A stretch of 64,000 nt of DNA from Camelus ferus (Eukaryota): positions 119,228,001 through 119,292,000 of the forward strand of contig NC_045697.1 in assembly GCF_009834535.1 (NCBI RefSeq). Reading direction: 5' to 3'. Shown here piece by piece: positions 13,301 to 25,300 of the stretch. The translations under genes and the position numbers were made by a program. A model generated the notes under the pieces. That model had not been told where the DNA came from. It was given only the letters and a program-made list of their open reading frames with translations, and did not search any database. Each line of letters opens with the position of its first letter. Position 1 is the first letter of the stretch.

Positions 13301-13901
13301 ACTTCAAACCGGCACTAAGAAACAGACTGAAAATTAGAGTAAAAGTTTCTCCTGCAAACCACGCCATTTGTGCAAAATGAACAAACTTCTTTACACATGC
13401 TCAGATCTGAGAGATAAGTGTGTGTGAAAGCCGTCCTTCACCTATCTTGTTGGTAACACCAAGTTTTTTTAAGTGTCTAAATCCACTCCATACATATATA
13501 TGGGGAGGTACTAGCTCCAAATCGATTTTACAGTGAAAACTGCAGGAACTTCCAACCGGCACTAGGAAACAGTCTGAGAAACCAGAGTAAAAGTTTCTCC
13601 TGAAAACCGTTCTTTTTCTGCTAGATGAACGAATGTCTCTCCACATGCTCAGTTCTGAGAGAAAAGTGTGTGTGAAAGCCATCCCTCACCTAGCTTTTTG
13701 GGAACACAAAGGTTCTTTTCAGTGGCAAACTCCACTCCATACATATATAAGGGGAGGTACTAGCTCCAACTCGGTTTTACAGTGATAACTGCAGGAACTA
13801 GAAACCGGCACTTGGAAACACACTGAGAAACCAGAGTAAAAGTTTCTCCTGCAACCCGTTCCCTTTGTGCCAGATGAACGAAAGTCTCTCCACATGCTAA
13901 A
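8194..13901. repeat. Complete 23-monomer HOR unit (~5708 bp), master order of the left domain
   Basis: The diagnostic monomer ATGCTAAATTGTGAGAGATACGTG starts at 8194 and again at 13902 (5708 bp = 23 x 248.2). The 23 distinguishable monomers between them recur in the same relative order elsewhere in 1-27300. Confidence 0.8.
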
Positions 13902-16900
13902 TTGTGAGAGATACGTGTGTGTGAAAGCCGTCCTTCACCGAGCTTGTTGGGAACACAAAGTTTCTTTTAAGATGCAAACCCCACTCCATACATATATATG
14001 TGGAATTTTTAGCTCCAACTGTGTTTTACAGTGAAAACTGCAGGAACTTAAAACCGGCACTAGGAAAAAGACTGAGAAACCTCATTAAGAGATTCTCCTG
14101 CAAACCGTTCCATTTGTGCTAGATGAACGAACGTCTCTCCACATGCTCAGTTCTTTGTGATAAGTGTGTGTGAAAGCCTTCCTTCAACTAGCTTGTTTGG
14201 AACACAAAGTTTCTTTTCAGGTGCCAACTCCACTCCATACATATATACTGTGAGGTACTAGCTCCAGAACGGTTTTACAGTAAAACTGCAGGAACTTCAA
14301 ACTGGCACTAGGAAACTGAATGAGAATCCAGCGTAAAAGTTTCTCCAGCAAAACTTTCAATTTGTGCTAGATGAACGAACGTCTCTACACATGCTCAGTT
14401 CTAAGAGATAAGTGTGTGTGAAAGCCGTCCCTCAGTTATCTTGTTGGGAACAGAAAGTTTCTTTTCAGTTGCAAACTCCAATCCATAAATATATATGGGG
14501 AGGTATTAGCTCCAACTCGGTTTTACAGGGATAACTGCAGGATCTTCAAACCGGCACTAGGAAACAGACTGAGAAACCAGATTAAAAATTTTTCCTGAAA
14601 ACCTTTCTTTTTCTGCTAGATGAATGAATGTCTCTCCACATGCTAAATTCTGAGAGATACGTGTGTGTGAAAGCCATCCTTCAACGAGCTTGTTGGGAAC
14701 ACAAAATTTCTTTTAAGATGCAAACTCCAATCCATACATATATATGTGGAGGTATAATCTCCAACTGTGTTTTACAGTGAAAACTGCAGGAACTTAAACC
14801 CGGCACTAGGAAACAGACTGAGAATCCACAGTAAAAGATTCTCCTGCATCCCTTTCACTTTGTGTTACATAAACGAACGTCTCTCCATATGGTCAGATCT
14901 GAGATATATGTGTGTGTGAATGCCGTACTTCTCATAACTTGTTGGGAACACAAAGATTCTTTTCAGTTGCTAAATCCAATCCAAACATATATAAGGGGAG
15001 GTACTAGCTCCAAATCTATTTTACAGTGAAATCTGCAGGAACTTCTTACCGGCACTAGGAAACAGACTGAGAAACCAGAGTAAAAGTTTCTCCTGCATCC
15101 TGTTCACTTTGTGTTAGATGAACGAAAGTCTCTCCACATGCTCAGTTGTGAGAGATAAGTGTGTGTGAAAGCTGTCTTTCACCTTGCATGTTGAGAACAC
15201 AAAGTTTCATTTGAGTTGCCAACTCCAGTCCATATATATATATGGGAAGGTAATAGCTGAAAATTTATTTACAATGAAAACTGCAGGAACATCAAACAGG
15301 CACTAGGTAACAGACTGAGATAGCAGAGTAAAAGTTTCTCCTGCAACCCGTTCCCTTTTTGCTAGATGAGCGAACGTCTCTCCACATGACTTGTTCTGAG
15401 AGATAAGTGTGTGTGAAAGCCGTCCTTCACCTAGATTTTTGGGAACACAAAGTTTCTTTTCATTTGCAATCCCCTCTTCATACATATATATGGGGAGGTA
15501 CTAGCTCCAAGTCGGTTTTACAGTGAAATCTGCAGCAACTTCAAACCGGCACTAGGTAACACACTGAGAAACCTGAGTAAAATTTCACCTGCCAACCGTT
15601 CCAATTGTGCTAGATGAACGAAAGTCTCTCCATATGCTGATTTCTGAGAAATAAGCGTGTGTGAAAGCCGTCCTTCAACTAGCATTTTGGGAACACAAAG
15701 TTTCTTTTCAGGTGCAAACTCCACTCCATATATATATATGGGGAAGTATTAGCTCGAACTTATTTTGACAGTGAAAACTGCAGGAACTTCAAACTGGCAC
15801 TAGGAAACATACTGAGAAACCAGAGAAAAAGTTTCTCCGGCAACCCATTTCTTTGTGCTAGATGAACGAACGTCTGTCCACATGCTCTGTTCTGAGAGAT
15901 AAGTGTGCGTTAAAGCCGTAGTTCACCTAGCTTGTTGGGAACACAAAGTTTCTTTTTAGTTGCAAACTCCACTCCAAACATATATAAGGGGAGGTACTAG
16001 CTCCAACTCGGTTTTACGGAGAAAATTGCAGGAATTTCATACCGGAACTAGGAAAAAGACTGAGAATCCAGAGTAAAAGTTTCTCCTGCAACCCGTTCCT
16101 ATTTGCTTTATGAACGAACGTCTCACCACATGCTCAGTTCTGAGAGATAATTGTGTGTGAATGCCGTACTTCACGTAACTTTTTGGGAACAAATAGTTTC
16201 TTTTCAGTTGCAAACTCAAATCCATACATATATATAGGGAGGTACTATCTCCAAATCGATTTTACAGTGAATCTGCAGCAACTTCAAGCCGGCACTATTA
16301 AACAGATTGAAAACCAGAGTAAAAGTTTCTCCTGCAACCCACTCCTTTTTTGCCAAATGAACGAACGTCTCTCCCCATGCTCATATCTGAGAAATAAGTG
16401 TGTGTGAAAGCCGTCCTTCTAATAGCTTGTTGGGAACACAAAGTTTCTTTTCAGTTGCTAAATCCTCTCCATACATATATATGTGGAGGTACTAGCTCCA
16501 AATCGATTTTACAGAGAATCTGCAGGAACTTCAAACAGGCACTAGGAAACAGACTGGGAAACCAGAGTAAAAGTTTCACCTGCAAACCTTTCACATAGTT
16601 CTAGATGAATGAAAGTCTCTCCACATGCTCAGTTCTGAGAGATAAGTGTGTATGAAATCCGTCCTTCACCTAACTTTTTGGGAACACAATGTTTCTTTTC
16701 AGGTGCAAACTCCAATACATATATATGTATGGGGAGGAAATATCTCCAAATTTTTTTACAGTGAAAACTGCAGGAACATCAAACCGGTACTAGGTAACAG
16801 ACTGAGATAACTGAGTAAATGTTTCTCCTGATACCCGTTCCCTTTGTGCTAGATGAACCAACGTCTCTCCACATGCTCAGTTCTGGGAGATAAGTGTGTG

Positions 16901-17872
16901 TGAAAGCCGTTCTTCAACTAGCTTTTTGGGAACACAAAGATTCTTTTCAGTTGCAAACACCAATACATATATATATATGGGGAAGTACAATCTCCAACAC
17001 AGTTTTACATTGAAAACTGCAGGAATTTCATACTGGAACTTGGAAACAGACTGAGAAACCAGAGAAAAATTTTCTCCTGCAACACATTCCCTTTGTGATA
17101 GATGAACGAAAGTCTCCCCACATGCTCAGTTCTGAGAGATAATTGTGTGTAAAAGCCGTCGTTCACATAACTTGTTGGGAACACAAAGTTTTTTTCAGTT
17201 GCAAACTCCAATCCATACATATATATAGGGATGTACTAGCTACAACTCGATTTTACAGTGATTCTGCAGGAACTTCAAACCGGCACTAGGAAACAGACTG
17301 AAAACAAGAGTAAAAGTTTCTCCTGCAAACCACGCCATTTGTGCAAAATGAACGAACGTCTTTCCACATGCTCAGATCTGAGAGATAAGTGTGTGTGAAA
17401 GCCGTCCTTCACCTAGCTTGTTGGGAACACAAAGTTTCTTTCAGTAGCTAAATCCACTCCATACATATATATGGGGAGGTACTAGCTCCAAATCGTTTTT
17501 ACAGTGAAAACTGCAGGAACTTCCAACCGGCACTAGGAAACAGACTGAGAAACCAGAGTAAAAATTTCTCCTGAAAACCGTTCTTTTTCTGCTAGATGAA
17601 CGAATGTCTCTCCACATGCACAGTTCTGAGAGAAAAGTGTGTGTGAAAGCCGTCCCTCACCTAGCTTTTTGGGAACACAAAGGTTCTTTTCAGTGGCAAA
17701 CTCCACTCCATACATATATAAGGGGAGGTACGAGCTCCAACTCGGTTTTACAGTGATAACTGCAGGAACTACAAACAGGCACTGGGAAACAGAATGAGAA
17801 ACCAGTGTAAGAATTTCTCCTGCAAACCGTTCCCTTTGTGCTAGATGAACGAACTTCTTTCCACATGCTAAA
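13902..17872. repeat. 16-monomer HOR deletion variant (3971 bp)
   Basis: Same diagnostic monomer head at 13902 and 17873; paired ORFs 13034/17005 are offset by 3971. Monomer order is the master order with internal blocks missing. Confidence 0.75.
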
Positions 17873-20379
17873 TTGTAAGAGATACGTGTGTGTAAATGCC
17901 GTACTTCACCGAGCTTGTTTGGAACACAAAGTTTCTTTTCAGGTGCAAACTCCACTCCATACATATATACGGTGAGGTACTAGATCCAAAACGGTTTTAC
18001 AGTAAAACTGCAGGAACTTAAAAATTGGCACTAGGAAACTGAATGAGAATCCAGAGTAAAAGTTTCTCCTGCAAACCGTTCACTTTGTGCTAGATGATCG
18101 AACGTCTCTACACAAGCTCAGTTCTGAGAGATAACTTTGTGTGAAAGCCGTCCTTCAACTAGCTTGTTGGGAACACAAACATTCTTTTCAGTTGCAAACT
18201 CCACTCCATGCTTATATATGGAAAGGTACTACCACCAACTCTGTTTTACAGTGAAAATTGCAGGAAATTCAAAACGGCAAAAGTAAATGACTGGGCAACC
18301 AGAGTAAAAGTTTCTCCTGCATCCCGTTCACTTTGTGTTAGATGAACGAACGTCTCTCCACATGCCCAGTTGGGAGAAATAATTGTGTGTGAAAGCCGTC
18401 CTTCACCTAGCTTGTTGAGAACACAAAGTTTCATTTGAGTTGCCAAATCCAATCCATATATATATATGGGGAGGTAATAGCTCCAAATTTTTTTACAGTG
18501 AAAACAGCAGGAACATCAAACCGGCACTAGGTAACAGAATGAGATAGCAGAGTAAAAGTTTCTCCTGCAACCCGTTCCATTTGTGCTAGATGAGCAAACC
18601 TCTCTCCACATGATCTGTTCTGAGACATAAGTGTGTGTGTAAGCCGTACTTCACCTTGATTGTTGGGAACACAAAGTTTCTTTTCAGATGCCAACACCAC
18701 TCCTTAAGTATGTATGGGGAGGTACTAGCTCCAAATCGGTTTTACAGTGAAAATTGCAGGAATTTTATCCCGGAACCAGAAAACAGACTGAGAAACCAGA
18801 ATAAAAGTTTCCCCTGCAACCCATTCCCTTTGTGCTAGATGAATGAACGTCTCTCCACATGCTCATTTCTGAGAGGTAATTGTGTGTGAAAGCCGTTCTT
18901 CACCTATATTTTTGGGAACACAAAGTTCTTTCCAGTTGCAAACTCCAATCCATACATATGTATAGGTAGACACCAGCTCCAACTCGATTTTACAGTGAAA
19001 ACTGCAGGAAATTCCAACCGGCACTAGGAAACAGACTGAGAAACCAGATTAAAAATTTCTCCAGAAAAGAGTTCATTTTCTGCTAGATGAACGAATGTCT
19101 CTCCACATGCTCAGTTCTGAGAGGTAAGTGAGTGTGAAAGCCGTCCCTCACATAGCTTGTTGGGAACAGAAAGTTTCTTTTCAGTTGCAAACTCCAATCC
19201 ATACATACATAAGGGGAGGTATTAGATCCAACTCTGTTTTACAGTGATAACTGCAGGAACTTCAAACCGGCACTAGGAAACATACTGAGAAACCAGATTA
19301 AAAATTTCTCCTGAAAACCGTTCTTTTTCTGCTAGATGAATGAATGTCTCTCCACATGCTAAATTCTGAGAGATACGTGTGTGTTAAAGCCACGTTCAAC
19401 GAGCTTGTTGGGAACACAAAGTTTCTTTTAAGATGCAATCTCCATTCCATACATATATATGTGGAGGTATTAGCTCCAACTGTGTTTTACAGTGAAAACT
19501 GCAGGAACTTAAACCCGGCACTAGGAAACAGACTGAGAATCCACAGAAAAAGATTCTCCTGCAACCCGTTCCCTTTGTGCTAGATGAACGAACGTCTCTC
19601 CACATGCTCAGTTCTGAGTGATAAGTTTGTTTGAAAGCCTTCCTTCACCTAGCTTGTTGGGAACACAAAGTTTGTTTTCAGGTGAAAACTCCACACCATA
19701 CATATATACGGTGAGGTACTATATCCAAATTTTTTTACAGTGAAAATTGAAGTAACTTCAAAATGGCAAAAGTAACAGACTGGGCAACCAGAGTAAAAGT
19801 TTCTCCTGCATCCCGTTCACTTTGTGTTAGATGAACGAACGTCTCTCCACATGCTCAGATCTGAGAGATAAGTGTGTGTGAAAGCCGTCCTTCTCATAAC
19901 TTGTTGGGAACACAAAGATTCTTTTCAGTTGCTAAATCCAATCCATACATATATATGGGGAGGTACTAACTACAAAACGATTTTACAGTGAATACTGCAG
20001 GAACTTCCAAACGGCACTAGGAAACAGACTGAGAAACCAGAGTAAAATTTCTCCTGCATCCCGTTCACTTTGTGTTAAATGAACGAAAGTCTCTCCACAT
20101 GCTCAGTTGTGAGAGATAAGTGTGTGTGAAAGCCGTCTTTCACCTAGCTTGTTGAGAACACAAAGTTTCATTTGAGTTGCCAACTCCAGTCCATATATAT
20201 ATATGGGGAGGTAATAGCTAAAAATTTATTTACAGTGAAAAGTGCAGGAACATCAAACCGGCACTAGGTAAAGGACTGAGATAGCAGAGTAAAAGTTTCT
20301 CCTGCAACACGTTCCCTTTGTGCTAGATGAGCGAACGTCTCTCCACATGACTTGTTCAGAGAGATAATTGTGTGTGAAA

Positions 20380-22335
20380 GCCGTCCTTCAACTAGCTTTT
20401 TGAGAACACAAAGTTTCTTTTCAGGTGCCAACACCACTCCATACATATATAAGGGGAGGTTTTAGCTCGAACTTATTTTGACAGTGCAAACTGCAGGAAC
20501 TTCAAACTGGCACTAGGAAACATACTGAGAAACCAGAGAAAAAGTTTCTCCGGCAACCCGTTTTTTTGTGCTAGATGAACGAACGTCTGTCCACATGTTC
20601 TGTTCTGAGAGATAAGTGTGTGTGAAAGCCGTAGTTCACCTAGCTTTTTGGGAACACAAAGTTTCTTTTTAGTTGCAAACTCCACTCCAAACATATATAA
20701 GGTAAGTTACTAGCTCCAACTCGGTTTTACAGTGAAAATTGCAGGAATTTAACACCGGAATTAGGAAAAAGACTGAGAATCCAGAGTAAAATTTCTCCTG
20801 CAACACGTTCCTATGTGCTATATGAACGAACGTCTCTCCACATGTTCAGTTCTGAGAGATAATTGCGTGTGAATGCCGTACTTCACGTAATTTTTTGGGA
20901 ATGAATAGTTTCTTTTCAGTTGCAAACTCTAATCCATACATATATAAAGGGTGGTACTAGCTCCAATTCGATTTTACAGTGAATCTGCAGGAACCTCAAA
21001 CCGGCACTAGGAAACAGACTGAAAACCAGAGTAAAAGTTTCTCCTGCAACCCACACCATTATAGCCAAATGAACGAACGTCTCTCCACATGTTCATATAT
21101 GAGAAATAAGTGTGTGAGAAAGCCGTCCTTCTAATAGCTTGTTGGGAACACAAAGTTTCTTTTCAATTGCTAAATCCTCTCCATACATATATATGGGGAG
21201 GTACTAGCTCCAAGTCGGTTTTACAGTGAAATCTGCAGGAACTTCAAACCGGCACTAGGAAACAGACTGAGATACCAGAGTAAAATTTCACCTGCCAACC
21301 GTTCCCATTGTGCTAGATGAACGAAAGTCTCTCCACATGCTCAGTTCTGAGAATTAAGTGTGTGTGAAAGCCGTCCTTCAACTAGCTTTTGGGAACAAAA
21401 TGTTTCTGTTCAGGTGCAAACTCCACTCCATACATATATATGGGTAGGTATTAGCTCGAATTCATTTTGAAAGTGAAAACTGCAGGAACTTCAAACTGGC
21501 ACTAGGAAACATACTGAGAAACCAGAGAAAAAGTTTCTCCGGCAACCCGTTTTTTTGTGCTAGATGAACGAACGTCTGTCCACATGTTCTGTTCTGAGAG
21601 ATAATTGTGTGTGAAAGCCGTAGTTCACCTAGCTTGTTGGGAACACAAAGTTTCTTTTTAGTTGCAAACTCCACTCCAAACATATATAAGGGGAGGTACT
21701 GGCTCCAACTCGTTTTTACAGTGAAAATTGCAGGAATTTCACACCGGAACTAGGAAAAAGACTGAGAATCCAGAGTAAAAGTTTCTCCTGCAACCCGTTC
21801 CTATGTGCTATATGAACGAACGTCTCTCCACATGTTCAGTTCTGAGAGATAATTGTGTGTGAATGCCGTACTTCACGTAAGTTTTTGGGAATGAATAGTT
21901 TCTTTCCAGTTGCAAACTCCAATCCATAAATATACATAGGGTGGTACTAGCTCCAAATCTATTTTACAGTGAATCTGCAGTAACTTCAAACCGGCACTAG
22001 GAAACAGACTGAAAACCAGAGTAAAAGTTTCTCCTGCAACCCACACCATTATAGCCAAATGAACGAACGTCTCTCCACATGCTCATATCTGAGAAATATG
22101 TGTGTGAGAAAGCCGTCTTTCTAATAGCTTGTTGGGAACACAAAGTTTCTTTTCAATTGCTAAATCCTCTCCATACATATATAAGGGGAGGTACTAGCTC
22201 CAAGTCGGTTTTACAGCGAAATCTGCAGGAACTTCAAACCGGCACTAGGAAACAGACTGAGAAACCATAGTAAAATTCCACCTGCCAACCGTTCCCATTG
22301 TGCTAGATGAACGAAAGTCTCTCCACATGCTCAGT
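20380..22335. repeat. Tandem duplication of a 4-monomer block (period ~989-990 bp)
   Basis: Paired ORFs 20473/21462; private variants TTGGGAATGAATAG, CCACACCATTATAGCCAAATG, GTGTGAGAAAGCC and TTTCAATTGCTAAATCC occur in both copies. Confidence 0.85.
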
Positions 22336-25300
22336 TCTTTGTGATAGGTGTGTGTGAAAGCCTTCCTTCACCTAGCTTGTTGGGAACACAAAGTTTCTTT
22401 TCAGGTGCACACTCCACTCCATACATATATACGGTGAGGTACTAGCTCCAAAACGATTTTACAGTAAAACTGCAGGAACTTAAAAGTGGCACTAGGAAAC
22501 TGAATGAGAATCCAGAGTAAAACTTTCTCCTGCAAACCGTTCACTTTGTGCTAGATGATCGAACGTCTCTACACAATCTCAGTTCTGAGAGAAAACTTTG
22601 TGTGAAAGCCGTCCTTCACCTAGCTTGTTGGGAACACAAAGATTCTTTTCAGTTGCAAACTCCACTCCATACATATATAAGGGAAGGTACTAGCACCAAC
22701 TCTGTTTTACAGTGAAAATTGCAGGAACTTCAAAACGGCAAAAGTAACAGACTGGGCAACCAGAGTAAAAGTTTCTCCTGCATCCCGTTCACTTTGTGTT
22801 AGATGAATAAACGTCTCTCCACATACTCAGTTGTGAGAAATAATTGTGTGTGGAAGCCGTCCTTCACCTAGCATGTTGAGAACACAAAGTTTCATTTGAG
22901 TTGCCAACTCCAATCCATATATATATATGGGGAGGTAATAGCTCCAAATTTTTTTACAGTGAAAACAGCAGGAACATCAAACCGGCACTAGGTAACAGAA
23001 TGAGATAGCAGAGTAAAAGTTTCTCCTGCAACCCGTTCCATTTGTGCTAGATGAGCAAACCTCTCTCCACATGATCTGTTCTGAGTGATAAGTGTGTGTG
23101 AAAGCCGTACTTCACCTAGATTGTTGGGAACACAAAGTTTTTTTCAGGTGCCAACGCCACTCCTTAAGTATGTATGGAGAGGTACTAGCTCCAAATTGGT
23201 TTTACAGTGAAAACTGCAGGAATTTTATCCCGGAACCAGAAAACAGACTGAGAAACCAGAATAAAATTTCTCCTGCAACCGGTTCCCTTTGTGCTAGATG
23301 AACGAACGTCTCTCCACATGCTCAGTTCTGAGAGGTAATTGTGTGTGAAAGCCGTTCTTCACCTATCTTTTTGGGAACACAAAGTTTCTTTTCAGTTGCA
23401 AACTCCAATCCATACATGCATATGGGGAGGTATTAGCTCCAACTCGGTTTTACAGTGCTAACTGCAGGAACTTCAAACCGGCATTAGGAAACAGACTGAG
23501 AAACCAGATTAAAAATTTCTCCTGAAAACCGTTCTTTTTCTGCTAGATGAATGAAAGTCTCTCCACATGCTAAATTCTGAGAGATACGTGTGTGGTAAAG
23601 CCTCCTTCAACGATCTTGTTGGGAACACATAGTTTCTTTTAAGATGCAAACTCCAATCCATACATATATATGGGGAGGTACTAGCTCCAACTCTGTTTTA
23701 CAGTGAAAACTGCAGGAACTTAAACCCGGCACTAGGAAACAGACTGAGAATCCACAGAAAAACATTCTCCTGCAACCCGTTCCCTTTGTGCTAGATGAAC
23801 GAACGTCTCTCCACATGCTCAGTTCTGAGTGATAAGTTTGATTGAAAGCCTTCCTTCACCTAGCTTGTTGTGAACACAAAGTTTGTTTTCTGGTGAAAAC
23901 CTCACACCATACATATATTCGGTGAGGTACTAGCTCCAAACTGGTTTTACAGTAAAACTGCAGGAACTTCAAACCGGCACTAGGAAACAGAATCGGAATC
24001 CAGAGTAAAAGTTTTTCCTGCATCCCGTTCACTTTGTGCTAGATGAACGAACGTCTCTCCACATGTTCAGTTCTGAGAGATAATTATGTGTGAAAGCCGT
24101 CCTTCACCTAGCTTGTTGGGAACACAAAGATTCTTTTCAGTTGCATACTCCACTCCATACATATATATGGGGAGGTACTAGATCCAAATCTGTTTTACAG
24201 TGAAAATTGAAGGAACTTCAAAACGGCAAAAGTAACAGACTGGGTAACCAGAGTAAAAGTTTCTCTTGCATCCCGTTCACTTTGTGTTAGATAAACGAAC
24301 GTCTCTCCACATGCTCAGATCTGAGAAATAAGTGTGTGTGAAAGCCGTCCTTCTCATAACTTGTTGGGAACACAAAGATTCTTTTCAGTTGCTAAATCCA
24401 ATCCATACATATATATGGGGAGGTACTAGCTCCAAAACGATTTTACAGTGAAAACTGCAGGAACTTCCAACCGGCACAAGGAAACAGACTGAGAAACCAG
24501 AGTAAAAATTTCTCCTGCATCCCGTTCACATTGTGTTAGATGAACGAAATTCTCTCCACATGCTCAGTTGTGAGAGATATGTGTGTGTGAAAGCCGTCTT
24601 TCACCTAGCTTGTTGAGAACACAAAGTATCATTTGAGTTGCCAACTCCAGTCCATATATATATATGGGGAGGTAATAGCTGAAAATTTATTTACAGTGAA
24701 AACTGCAGGAACATCAATCCAGCACTAGGTAACAGACTGAGATTGCAGAGTAAAAGTTTCTCCTGCAACTCGTTCCCTTTGTGCTAGATGAGCGAACGTC
24801 TCTCCACATGGCTTGTTCTGAGAGATATTTGTGTGTGAAAGCCGTTCTTCAACTAGCTTTTTGGGAACACAAATTTTCTTTTCAGGTGCCAACTGCTCTC
24901 CATACATATATATGGGGAGGTATTAGCTTGAACTCATTTTGACAGTGAAAACTGCAGGAACTTCAGACTGGCACTAGGATACACACTGAGAAACCAGAGT
25001 AAAATTTCACCTGCCAAACGTTCCCATTGTGCTAGATGAACGAAAGTCTCTCCACCTGCTCAGTTCTGAGAAATAAGTGTGTGTGAAAGCATTCCTTCAA
25101 GTAGCTTTTTCGGAACACAAAGTTTCTTTTCAGGTGCAAACTCCACTCCATACATATATATGGGGAGGTATTAGCTCGAACTCATTTTGAAAGTGAAAAC
25201 TGCAGGAACTTCAAACTGGCACTAGGAAACATACTGAGAAACCAGAGAAAAAGTTTCTCCGGCAACCCGTTTCTTTGTGCTAAATGAACGAACGTCTGTC

